Source: an uncultured Bdellovibrio sp. (GTDB lineage: Bacteria; Bdellovibrionota; Bdellovibrionia; Bdellovibrionales; Bdellovibrionaceae). Taken from it: a stretch of DNA of 64,000 nucleotides. Positions within the stretch are counted from its first letter, which is position 1, and each line of letters begins with the position of its first letter. The position numbers and the translations under genes were made by a program. The stretch lies in the NCBI GenBank assembly GCA_963932905.1, contig CAWVRN010000012.1, positions 32,001 to 96,000 of the forward strand. The letters run 5' to 3'. Shown here piece after piece: positions 36,874-46,174 of this stretch. A model generated the notes under the pieces. That model saw nothing but the letters and a program-made list of their open reading frames with translations, was not told the DNA's origin and made no database searches.

Positions 36874-37887
36874 ATGAAAATGAAAAATTTGTTGATGATT
36901 CTAATGCTATTGTTCACTCACATTGTCTATGGGCGATCCGAATTTAGTTTGATGACCTACAATGTAGAAAACTTATTTGACGACCAAGACGATGCTGGTC
37001 GCGACGATGAAACGTATCTGCCGCGAACAGCAAAACAAACCAAATTTCATAAAGACAAATGCAAAAAACTATCTAATTTTAAATTTCGCAAAGACTGTTA
37101 TCAACTAGATTGGAATCAGTCGGTCATCGAAAACAAGATGAAAAATATTTCCGAGGTTATTTTATCTGTCGAGCAGGGTAAAGGTCCCGACATTCTGATT
37201 CTTGTGGAAGTGGAAAACATACAAGTCCTTAATCAACTCAACGATCGGTTCCTAAAACCTGCTGGATACAAAACTGTGCAACTGATTGAAGGTAATGACC
37301 CGCGAGGAATTGACCTGGCGGTCCTTAGTCGCTTTGAAATGAATGGGACAGCTAAATTATTATCCTTGGATTTATCTAGGCCAACACGGGGAATTTTTAA
37401 GGTACCGCTAAAGGTCGACAAAGATAAAACACTGAATGTATTTGCCGTTCATCTGCCGTCACAGGGCAGCCCTACTGAAGTTCGCAAAGAAGCACTGACG
37501 CATTTATCTGCAATGTTGAAAAATGAAAAAGAGCCATGGGTAATGGGTGGTGATTTTAATATCACAAAAGAAGAAAATGAGAATTTTCATTTAATCGAAA
37601 GTTTTCTTCAACCTATCGCCGATGTTTCGCACGTGATTGGATGCGGTCAATGCAAAGGAACTCACAACTATAAAAACAGGTGGTCATTTTTGGATATGTT
37701 GCTCTTTGATCGTCGTTTGAAAAACTTTGGAATGGGTGTTGATCCTGACTCTATCAAAGTAGTGAAGGTGTCCAGAATGTTAGGTAAGAAGGATAAACCA
37801 AAACGTTTTGATCCCGATAAAGGTCAAGGAGCTTCTGACCATCTTCCACTGTATTCTCGGCTGTTCGTGCAGAAAACAGGTAAGTAA
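36874..37887 (+). CDS. Secreted endonuclease/exonuclease/phosphatase family protein
   Basis: YNVENLFD, EVEN, GDFN, SDHLP. Confidence 0.92.
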   Translation: MKMKNLLMILMLLFTHIVYGRSEFSLMTYNVENLFDDQDDAGRDDETYLPRTAKQTKFHKDKCKKLSNFKFRKDCYQLDWNQSVIENKMKNISEVILSVEQGKGPDILILVEVENIQVLNQLNDRFLKPAGYKTVQLIEGNDPRGIDLAVLSRFEMNGTAKLLSLDLSRPTRGIFKVPLKVDKDKTLNVFAVHLPSQGSPTEVRKEALTHLSAMLKNEKEPWVMGGDFNITKEENENFHLIESFLQPIADVSHVIGCGQCKGTHNYKNRWSFLDMLLFDRRLKNFGMGVDPDSIKVVKVSRMLGKKDKPKRFDPDKGQGASDHLPLYSRLFVQKTGK

Positions 37888-37933
37888 AGCTATTGCTCTT
37901 TAACATCGTACGCCACGCTATTATTATTGTTAT

Positions 37934-38614
37934 ATGTGCGCTAGCAGAAAGTTTGTTATCACCACCATTCTTTTTCTTTTGCCGCTTTTTAGCATGGCCA
38001 AAGTGGCGCGCAAACCGTTGAGCGATTCAGCTCCCATTAAACAAACAACTGTAAATACGATGTTGGGCGCCGAAAACGCTATAAAAAAACTCGATGTCGA
38101 TGTTTTAAAAGCGCCCGAAGTGACTCAAGATCAAAAAGGTTTTTTCGCGGCGATGTCGTACAGTTTGTTTTCACCCACATTTGATTCCCAAGCAATGAAA
38201 TCTCAAAATCAAGAAAGTTTAGGTGTATCGGCGTTGATCGGTTATGCCTATACGCCCTATAAAGGGTGGGGTATGCAGGCATCGCTCGGTGTTTTGCAAA
38301 ACTCAAAAACGGATCGTTCGCTTCCTGATTTTGTTTTGTTAAAGCCAGCCGTCGGTATCGTTTTTTCGATCACGAAAGCAATTTATATAGCGGGCGGAGT
38401 TTTCAATTATTCGCAGCAAGGGGAAACTCTTAAAAATTTTCAAAGTTATATAGGGCAAGAAGTGTTCATGGGCTATAAAGCGAATAAGAAAATCAACATC
38501 AAATTTGGCTTTTCCTATTCTAAGTTTTCGGCCGATTTCGATACGGATGCACAGAAAACTAACTCTCTGGTGTCCATCCGCGGTCTAGAATCGCAGCTCG
38601 TGTATCTGTTTTAA
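37934..38614 (+). CDS. Small outer-membrane beta-barrel protein
   Basis: Signal peptide; alternating strand pattern; C-terminal VYLF. Confidence 0.7.
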   Translation: MCASRKFVITTILFLLPLFSMAKVARKPLSDSAPIKQTTVNTMLGAENAIKKLDVDVLKAPEVTQDQKGFFAAMSYSLFSPTFDSQAMKSQNQESLGVSALIGYAYTPYKGWGMQASLGVLQNSKTDRSLPDFVLLKPAVGIVFSITKAIYIAGGVFNYSQQGETLKNFQSYIGQEVFMGYKANKKINIKFGFSYSKFSADFDTDAQKTNSLVSIRGLESQLVYLF

Positions 38615-38645
38615 TTCTGATAAATCTCACCGGACGAATTTGATC

Positions 38646-38662
38646 TGTCTTAGAAATTGACA
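38646..38662. promoter_or_regulatory. TGTC-N9-GACA palindrome
   Basis: CTGTC-TTAGAAATT-GACAG in intergenic region. Confidence 0.45.
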
Positions 38663-38764
38663 GCCTTGCAATGCTTACTGGGCCCACAAGATCTGTTTTT
38701 AAAGCATTTCGAATAGGCTCAATCTAATGTTATAATCACCTCACTAATCTATATAGGAATCAGT

Positions 38765-39220
38765 ATGAAGCAAATTTTTGCGATTCTGTTTTTAATTGTG
38801 TGCGCGATATCGGCCCAAGCTCAATCATCGTTGACCGGGTTGGATGATATCATGAAAAACAAAGTGGGAGCTCCGTTTAAAATTGTTTTTCTTCACGTTA
38901 TTAAGCAAGGTCAAATCGACCCTGCGGGTTCGACTCTGCAAGCGGCCCAAGCCGCGTATGTCGGTTTACAAGAAGGCGCGACAAAGGCTCCGTCACAATA
39001 TTTAGATTTGAATGGTCAGTTAAAAGATGAAGCATCGAAAGGAGCCTTTCGTAGTTACCAAAAGGCTATGCAGGGTGTGATCGTTGAAATGGCCAGATTG
39101 GTAGAAATATTAAGCGATAAAACTATTGACGAGGCCACTCGGTTAGCAGCCGCAAAAGCCCAAGTCCAAGTGATCGTTCGCGCTCAAAAACAAGGTCACG
39201 AAGACCATAAGGAAGAATAA
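38765..39220 (+). CDS. Exported four-helix protein, cytochrome b562-like
   Basis: Signal peptide; early L..IM and terminal QKQGHEDHK resemble the b562 Met/His ligand positions. Confidence 0.5.
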   Translation: MKQIFAILFLIVCAISAQAQSSLTGLDDIMKNKVGAPFKIVFLHVIKQGQIDPAGSTLQAAQAAYVGLQEGATKAPSQYLDLNGQLKDEASKGAFRSYQKAMQGVIVEMARLVEILSDKTIDEATRLAAAKAQVQVIVRAQKQGHEDHKEE

Positions 39221-39263
39221 GCAACTTTTCTACACTATGGCAAAGCCGCAGCAGGTATCATTG

Positions 39264-39815
39264 TTAAACAGCTACGACTTCTTTTACTTCTGGAATTAAT
39301 TCTTTGATTCTAACTTCAATGCCGTCTTTCAGGGTGGCTGTCGAGCTAGGGCAGCCCGCACATGAACCTTTCATTTGAATAAACACGACATTATCTTTGT
39401 AAGAATGAAATACGATTTCGCCGCCATCCAATGCAACGACCGGTTGAATTTCATTTTTGATAATTTGTTTAAGCTGACGAACCACAGGGTCTGTGTCGGC
39501 GTCATCGGCTGAAGCTTGGCTAGGATCGAAATCGTGCATGACTTTCTCGCCTTTGTCCAAGTGCTCTTGAATTAAGCCATTCAGGGGCTCTGCCAACACG
39601 GTCCAATCCACCCAATCTTGTTTCGTGATCGAAACAAAATCTTTGCCGATGTAGACTTTAGATGTCCAAGGAAACCCGAATATTTTTGAAGCCAAAGGCG
39701 ATATTTCAGCGTCCTGCGGAGTCGTGAATTCACGAGTCTCGGTCACTAGTGCTTCAGGGAAAATAAATTTATAAGTAGCGGGATTAGGAGTGGATTCGTA
39801 TCTGACTTTAATCAT
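39264..39815 (-). CDS. NifU/Nfu-family Fe-S carrier protein
   Basis: ESTPNPA..KF N-domain; DGG...GSCAGCPSS..TLK.GIE. Confidence 0.93.
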   Translation of the reverse strand: MIKVRYESTPNPATYKFIFPEALVTETREFTTPQDAEISPLASKIFGFPWTSKVYIGKDFVSITKQDWVDWTVLAEPLNGLIQEHLDKGEKVMHDFDPSQASADDADTDPVVRQLKQIIKNEIQPVVALDGGEIVFHSYKDNVVFIQMKGSCAGCPSSTATLKDGIEVRIKELIPEVKEVVAV

Positions 39816-39955
39816 TGCGCTAATATACAGCAGGAAAATGCCTTTTCAAGGGAATTATATCCGCTGTGTTAAATACCTAAAATATTGAAAAAAAGTATGA
39901 TTCTGAATAGGTTAGGCCCATCATTTCAAAGATAAGTTTTTAATAAGGAGATAAC

Positions 39956-40882
39956 ATGACCCCAAGAGTGCGTGAAATTTTAAACTGGTATGGATCTGAT
40001 AACCCAGGTGTTTTGACAAATTTAGCTCGTTTGATGAATACGGGCCGACTTGCTGGTACTGGCAAATTGGTTATTTTACCAGTGGACCAAGGTTTCGAAC
40101 ATGGCCCAGCACGCAGTTTTGCTAAGAATCCAGATGGTTATGATCCGGCTTACCACTTTGAATTAGCCATTGAATCCGGTTGCAATGCGTATGCTGCGCC
40201 ATTGGGTGCTTTAGAGGCGTGCGCTCGTGATTATGCTGGCGAAATTCCTTTGATCTTAAAAATCAATAACTCAGAAACGTTATATTCTAACAAATCACCA
40301 ATTTCAGCTTTAACTTCAAACGTAGACGATGCTTTACGTTTAGGTTGCGCGGGTATCGGTTTCACAATTTACCCAGGATCAGCAGAACGAAAAAACATGT
40401 ACGAAGAAATCGCCCAGGCGGCACGTGAAGCGAAAAAAGCTGGCCTAGCGGTAGTTATTTGGTCTTACCCTCGTGGTGAGCAACTTTCAAAAGAGGGTGA
40501 AACAGGTATCGACGTGATCGCGTATGCGGCTCACCTTGCGGCTCAAATGGGTGCGCACATCATCAAAGTAAAACCACCGAGTGCACACATTGAACAAGAT
40601 GCGGCTCGCAAAGTTTACGAAGCTCAAGGTATCAAAGTGACATCATTAGCAGATCGCACTCGCCATATCGTACAAAGCTGCTTCAACGGTAAACGTATCG
40701 TGATTTTCTCTGGCGGTGAAGCTAAGGGTACCGAGCAATTGATTGAGGAAGTAAAACAATTAGCTCAAGGTGGCGCTTTCGGCAGCATCATGGGTCGCAA
40801 TGCGTTCCAACGTCCACGCAAAGAATCTATCGAGTTACTACACTCGGTAATGGATGCTTTTGCGGGTAAGAATAATAAGTAA
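39956..40882 (+). CDS. fbaB: Class I fructose-bisphosphate aldolase
   Basis: ILPVDQGFEHGP, WSYPRG, AHIIKVK, MGRNAFQR. Confidence 0.93.
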   Translation: MTPRVREILNWYGSDNPGVLTNLARLMNTGRLAGTGKLVILPVDQGFEHGPARSFAKNPDGYDPAYHFELAIESGCNAYAAPLGALEACARDYAGEIPLILKINNSETLYSNKSPISALTSNVDDALRLGCAGIGFTIYPGSAERKNMYEEIAQAAREAKKAGLAVVIWSYPRGEQLSKEGETGIDVIAYAAHLAAQMGAHIIKVKPPSAHIEQDAARKVYEAQGIKVTSLADRTRHIVQSCFNGKRIVIFSGGEAKGTEQLIEEVKQLAQGGAFGSIMGRNAFQRPRKESIELLHSVMDAFAGKNNK

Positions 40883-40893
40883 TCGGTGACATC

Positions 40894-41931
40894 GTGTTAG
40901 GAAAAGGAATTCTACTACTGTTGTCGCTGGCTGTTGGTTCCGTTTTTTTGGGCGGCTGCCAAGCGCAGCCGACGAAAATTACCGAAACTAAATCAGTTCA
41001 AACTAATTTCGAAGAAATCCGCACAAAGCTAAATAAAAATACGGTCATCCTGGATACTCGGGATGCCGTTGAGTTTTATGTTAGCAAAGTACCTGGATCT
41101 ATTCTTGTTGAATGGAAAGACTTTTCCGTTCCTAATATGGAAGGTGCTCAGGGTGTGCTGGATATTGATCCGCTGAATATCACCCGTCGGTTAGCCTTGT
41201 GGGGAATAGGTCCAGAATCAGAAGTGATAGTCCTAGGTAAAGTTTTTGATAAAGATCAAAAACAAGAAGCTAAATTTGGACGGGTCGCCTGGATGCTTAA
41301 AGAAATGGGCGTCATGAATGTAAAAACATTCAATTATGAACTATTCAAACGCGAAGTGTTTGGTCTTCAGGAGGCACCTCCTGTGAACAAAGATACGTGG
41401 ATGCCCGTAGTGGATACGCGTTCGGAAATTAAGTTTGATGAATTTCAGCGAATTATCTATCCATTTAATTATCGTTTTAAATTCTACACCTTATCAAGGT
41501 TGGACGAAAAAGCCGGCTTGCGTGTAGGTCGATTTAAAAATTCGAAGATTCATTTTATCGATGTACGTTCAGCTAAAGAATTCAACGATGTGAGTCTGAA
41601 ATCATTGGATGCTAGTTTCCCGCTAGAAAATATTCCGTGGGAGCAGTTCTACACTCCGGAAGGTATCGTTAACTTTGAATTTAAGAAAAATTTAAAAGCG
41701 AAGGGTATCTTGGAAGAGGATGTGATTATTTTGATTTCGAATCACGGTGTTCGGTCGGGCGCGGCTACATTCGCGTTGCGGGAAATGGGTTACACGGAAT
41801 CTAAGAATTTTTCTGGTGGTTATGAATATCTAAATAATTCGATGACGCTAGAGAAACAAATCAACTCAGCGTTCTTCGAAATTGAAAAACAGAAGAAACG
41901 TAAGAAATCGGTTCGTAAGAAGAAAAAATGA
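40894..41931 (+). CDS. Tandem rhodanese-domain lipoprotein
   Basis: Lipobox LGGC; ILDTR..VPGS, IDVRS..EF, ISNHGVRS (no active-site Cys). Confidence 0.8.
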   Translation: MLGKGILLLLSLAVGSVFLGGCQAQPTKITETKSVQTNFEEIRTKLNKNTVILDTRDAVEFYVSKVPGSILVEWKDFSVPNMEGAQGVLDIDPLNITRRLALWGIGPESEVIVLGKVFDKDQKQEAKFGRVAWMLKEMGVMNVKTFNYELFKREVFGLQEAPPVNKDTWMPVVDTRSEIKFDEFQRIIYPFNYRFKFYTLSRLDEKAGLRVGRFKNSKIHFIDVRSAKEFNDVSLKSLDASFPLENIPWEQFYTPEGIVNFEFKKNLKAKGILEEDVIILISNHGVRSGAATFALREMGYTESKNFSGGYEYLNNSMTLEKQINSAFFEIEKQKKRKKSVRKKKK

Positions 41932-42659
41932 TTAAGAAGGTAGTATTGCTTAGCCTTTTAGCTGCCATTGTTTCTTTGATCGTACTTACTGTATTTGGTT
42001 ACTATTTGAGAACCAATGAAAAGGATAGTGCCGCAAACTATCCTCCAAATTTGACTAAAGCGCAAATCCTAGAAAAATCGTCCTCTTTCTATCAAACACT
42101 GTTTGCTAAGCTAAAAGAGTTTCCGTCTGTCCAAATTGGAAAACCGTATGTTATTTCTAGCGACTGGCCGCTTAATGGTGATGGTGTTTGTTTTACGATC
42201 ACAGTGAATGGTGCTGTCGTCGGTGATTTTTCAGATTTAAATCTTTGGGATAAAACAATTCTTGGTTACCGCTGCAATCCTAACAAAGATGAAAAGTCCT
42301 ATCCTGAATCAGACTTTTTTGGAGATTCAGAAATTGAATACTCATCTATTGATTTGACCTCAGGAACCGCTGAAAAATTGACGCCTATCAATTGGTCATT
42401 TTTATCCAACCCCAAAGTTTGTGGCTCTTACATTGCCTACTGGGGAACCTCTGATAAGACAGAAGTAAATGCAACAAACTTGAAAGTTTTTGCCTACGTT
42501 TACAATTGGGTTTCTAAAGAAGTCCGGATAGAGAAGCAAATTTCTTCAAAGCAAATTGCGACTGATGACAGTGGTTATTTTCAAACTCCAGAGTGGAGCA
42601 GCGATTGCAAATCGGCGACCTTCACTGATGAAGGTGTCGCCAATACTGTAACTTTTTAA
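41928..42659 (+). CDS. Hypothetical membrane-anchored protein
   Basis: N-terminal TM; 4-bp overlap with upstream gene. Confidence 0.7.
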   Translation: MIKKVVLLSLLAAIVSLIVLTVFGYYLRTNEKDSAANYPPNLTKAQILEKSSSFYQTLFAKLKEFPSVQIGKPYVISSDWPLNGDGVCFTITVNGAVVGDFSDLNLWDKTILGYRCNPNKDEKSYPESDFFGDSEIEYSSIDLTSGTAEKLTPINWSFLSNPKVCGSYIAYWGTSDKTEVNATNLKVFAYVYNWVSKEVRIEKQISSKQIATDDSGYFQTPEWSSDCKSATFTDEGVANTVTF

Positions 42660-42876
42660 ACAACTATTTTGTTTCCGCACACAAAGCAACCGCTTGGTCA
42701 GCGTTAAACTGCGCTTTGATTTCTTGTGAAGCCTCTTCTTTTACACAAATCGCAGGGCTAGCAGATTTAACGCCACGCAAAGTCGAATGATGGCCTCGGT
42801 CGACTTTGGACAAATTTGTTTGAGAGGCTATCGAAAAGAGAAAATTGCTTGATCGCTTAACTTTCGACGGCTTCTT

Positions 42877-43830
42877 TTAAGAAGCCGCCGACGTTTGCAT
42901 TTTAAATAGCACCGAATACATCGCTTTTAACATGTCGGGATCATATCGGCCCGCTAATTTATCTTTCATCATCGTTAATGCTTCAAATGGTTTCATTGGC
43001 GTGTTGTACGATCGTTGAGTCGTCATCGCATCGTAAGTATCACAGATCGCCACGATACGTGCGTACGGGTGAATTTCGGGGCCCGTTATTTGTTGAGGAT
43101 AGCCATTACCTGCCCATGATTCATGATGCTCAAAGCACGCGGCTTTGACACCGTCGGAGATATTTGGATTTTGATTCAAGATAATTAGACCATACTGAGG
43201 GTGACGTTTCATTTGTTCCCACTCGGCATCGTCTAACGGACCTTTCTTACATAAGATTTCTAAAGCGACATTTCGTTTTCCAATGTCGTGGAATAGACAG
43301 CCGACACCCAGTTCTTCCATCTCTTTTGGACCGAAACCAAGGACTTTACCTAAACCTAACGAATAAATACTGACATCTAGGGAGTGATTGTAAGTGTAGA
43401 AATCGTGACCCGAAAGGCTCAGTAAATAACCAACGCTCTCTGGCGCTTTATCGATGAAATCAATAAAATCGCTGATGATGGGCTTTGAATCGTCAAGAGC
43501 TTTGTTCACGTCAGGATTTTCAAAAAGGTCTTCCATGATGGCAATTGATGATTCGCGAAGGATGGCGGCCTTGTCATTGTTGTGGATTTCAGAGGAATTA
43601 ATTTCGTCTTTGACCCACGCGCGGTAGGTATCACGATCTGTGATTTTTACGAAAAATGAATTTCCAGTATCTTTAGAATGCAGAGATTCGATTTTTTGCA
43701 ATTGCAAGGCATCACCGGCTTTGCGGTATAAAACCATGCGGCCATCGATGAATACATAAATGTCAAAAGACGTGATTTTTTCAGGTCTTAGCGTGCTTAA
43801 ACGGATGCGGAAAAATTGATTCATGTCCAT
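42877..43830 (-). CDS. HD-GYP domain cyclic-dinucleotide phosphodiesterase
   Basis: HSLDV, FHDIGK, HHE...G.GYP, D.YDAMT..R.Y. Confidence 0.93.
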   Translation of the reverse strand: MDMNQFFRIRLSTLRPEKITSFDIYVFIDGRMVLYRKAGDALQLQKIESLHSKDTGNSFFVKITDRDTYRAWVKDEINSSEIHNNDKAAILRESSIAIMEDLFENPDVNKALDDSKPIISDFIDFIDKAPESVGYLLSLSGHDFYTYNHSLDVSIYSLGLGKVLGFGPKEMEELGVGCLFHDIGKRNVALEILCKKGPLDDAEWEQMKRHPQYGLIILNQNPNISDGVKAACFEHHESWAGNGYPQQITGPEIHPYARIVAICDTYDAMTTQRSYNTPMKPFEALTMMKDKLAGRYDPDMLKAMYSVLFKMQTSAAS

Positions 43831-43974
43831 TCCCTATTTAAACATCATTGATTTTTAAAAACTAGAGACAAATGTCTAGAATCATTTTAAAATTGTCTGA
43901 TAGAAGGGGATGTCCCAACATGATTACATTGTGAATTGCGATGTAAACAAAATGAACAAAAGGCAAAACCGTAG

Positions 43975-46119
43975 ATGAGTTTCAATCGATCTGATTACAA
44001 ACCTAGAGTGAATCCAAACAAAGGCAAAACTCCGCCTTTGGAGTTAAAGACTCAGGTCCAGTATGTAAAGGGCGTCGGTCCTGCGTTAGGTGAAATACTA
44101 GCAAAAAACGGTGTGCGCACGGTGAAAGATTTAATCGAGATCTTTCCGCGTACGTATGAAGATCGCCGCAGCGGAATCAAAATCAAAGATTTGAAATTAG
44201 ATCAATTGGTCAGTATAAAAGCGCAGTTGATCAAAGTGCAAAGTATACCACTAGGTCGCACGAGTCGCAAAATATATGACATCACCCTGCAAGATTCGTC
44301 GGGGCAAATTCACTGTAAGTTTTTTCGAGTTCCTTACAAAGGTTATTTCGAACGTTTCAAACCATTCCAGGATATTCGCGTCGTTGGCAAAGTGATCGAT
44401 TATCGTGGCCGGTTGGAATTTCATCATCCTGATTTACGCGATATCGACGAAGAGGAAGAATTGCAAGATGAAGTCATTCCTGTGTATGTCGAGATGGAAG
44501 GCATCAGCAGTTTCAAATGGCAAAAGCTGATTCGTTTTGCATTAAGTGAAGTGATGAAAAACGCCGATAATTTAACCTACGAGCCCTTGCCAAAATCGGT
44601 TCGTGAAAAAGCGCAGCTGACGGGTTATTTCAACGCCATCAAATCGGTGCACTATCCCGATAAAAATAAATACCTAGAATATTTAGAATTGCGAAGTCCG
44701 GCGCATCGACGCCTAATTTTCGAAGAATTCTTTTTGTTAGAGACATTTTTGTTTTCTAAAAAACTAGGATTACAGAAAGAAAATTCGCCTGTGTATAAAT
44801 CGCAAGGGGAATTGAAAAAGAAAGTTATTGGTAGTTTGCCATTTCAATTAACTAACGGGCAGTTGAACGCCATCACGGATATAGAAAGCGATTTTGTAAA
44901 AGGCCACCCAATGCATCGCTTGATTCAAGGGGATGTGGGCTGCGGAAAAACATTAGTGGCTTTTGTCGCCGCCGTAATGATGAAAGAAAATAACTACCAA
45001 AGTTGTATCATGGTACCTACTGAAATTCTGGCAGAACAACACTATAAAAATGCGGTTAATTATTTAACTGGCCACGGTTTAACAGTGGCATTGTTAACTG
45101 GAAAAACCAAAACCAGTGAACGCCGCGAATTGTTTGCTAAATTAGCCGAAGGCCAGATTGATTTATTGATCGGCACACATGCCTTGTTAGAAGATGACGT
45201 TGTATTTAAGAGCCTCAGTCTAGTTGTCATCGATGAACAGCATCGTTTTGGTGTGAACCAACGGGCGAAATTAAAAGCCAAAGGCGCTTCGCCACATTTT
45301 CTGGTGATGACGGCGACCCCCATTCCGCGAACTTTGTCGATGACTGTGTTTGGTGATTTAGATGTCACCCTGATCAAGGAATTGCCTCCGGGGCGTACGC
45401 CCATCCAAACGCGCGCGGTATTTCAAAATAAAATGTCACAAGCGTTAGATTTCATGAAACAGCAAGTAGAAAAGGGACGTCAGGGCTATATCGTTTTCCC
45501 ATTGGTTGAAGAAAGCGAAAAAATTGATTTAAAAAACGCAACAGATGAATTTGAACGACTGAAAGTAGAGTTTCCGAAAATACGCTGGGCCTTGTTGCAT
45601 GGAAAAATGAAGCCTACCGAAAAAGAAGAAATCATGAACGCGTTTAAAAACAGAGAGTTTGATGTACTAGTTTCTACAACGGTCATTGAAGTGGGCGTCG
45701 ACGTGCCCAATGCGAATATCATGTTGATTGAACATGCCGAACGTTTTGGACTGTCGCAATTACATCAGCTGCGCGGGCGCGTAGGCCGCGGGGAACATAA
45801 GAGTTTTTGTATCCTGATCATGGGCTATGCGGTGAACGAAGAATCCAAAGAACGTGTTAGTTTCATGGAAAAAAGCACCGACGGTTTTGAAATCGCCGAG
45901 TTTGATTTGAAGATTCGTGGACCAGGTGAGTTTTTAGGAACTAAACAATCGGGCTTGATTAGCTTTAAATTAGCGGACCTAATTAAAAATCAAGACATTC
46001 TTATCGAAGCGCGCGGTTATGCGGCCGACGTATTAACGGCTGATCCTAAACTGGAAAAATCCGAAAATGCATTTATCAAGCAACATTTGCAGATTAAGAA
46101 AGACGCTGACCTAGGTTGA
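43975..46119 (+). CDS. recG: ATP-dependent DNA helicase RecG
   Basis: QGDVGCGKT, DEQHRFG, TATPIPRT, QLRGRVGR, RGPGE. Confidence 0.97.
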   Translation: MSFNRSDYKPRVNPNKGKTPPLELKTQVQYVKGVGPALGEILAKNGVRTVKDLIEIFPRTYEDRRSGIKIKDLKLDQLVSIKAQLIKVQSIPLGRTSRKIYDITLQDSSGQIHCKFFRVPYKGYFERFKPFQDIRVVGKVIDYRGRLEFHHPDLRDIDEEEELQDEVIPVYVEMEGISSFKWQKLIRFALSEVMKNADNLTYEPLPKSVREKAQLTGYFNAIKSVHYPDKNKYLEYLELRSPAHRRLIFEEFFLLETFLFSKKLGLQKENSPVYKSQGELKKKVIGSLPFQLTNGQLNAITDIESDFVKGHPMHRLIQGDVGCGKTLVAFVAAVMMKENNYQSCIMVPTEILAEQHYKNAVNYLTGHGLTVALLTGKTKTSERRELFAKLAEGQIDLLIGTHALLEDDVVFKSLSLVVIDEQHRFGVNQRAKLKAKGASPHFLVMTATPIPRTLSMTVFGDLDVTLIKELPPGRTPIQTRAVFQNKMSQALDFMKQQVEKGRQGYIVFPLVEESEKIDLKNATDEFERLKVEFPKIRWALLHGKMKPTEKEEIMNAFKNREFDVLVSTTVIEVGVDVPNANIMLIEHAERFGLSQLHQLRGRVGRGEHKSFCILIMGYAVNEESKERVSFMEKSTDGFEIAEFDLKIRGPGEFLGTKQSGLISFKLADLIKNQDILIEARGYAADVLTADPKLEKSENAFIKQHLQIKKDADLG

Positions 46120-46128
46120 ATTGAGCCG

Positions 46129-46171
46129 AAAAAAAAACCACTAACCCGATAAGGATAGCGGTTTTCTTTTT
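46129..46171. terminator. Bidirectional terminator between convergent genes
   Basis: A-run, AACCACTAACC..GGATAGCGGTT stem, T-run. Confidence 0.7.
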
Positions 46172-46174
46172 AGT

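Noticed and set aside
42664..42879. Readthrough extension of the HD-GYP gene (downstream frame stays open for 70 codons)
   Set aside because: HD-GYP domain is complete, TAA is a strong stop, and the first half of the extension looks non-coding
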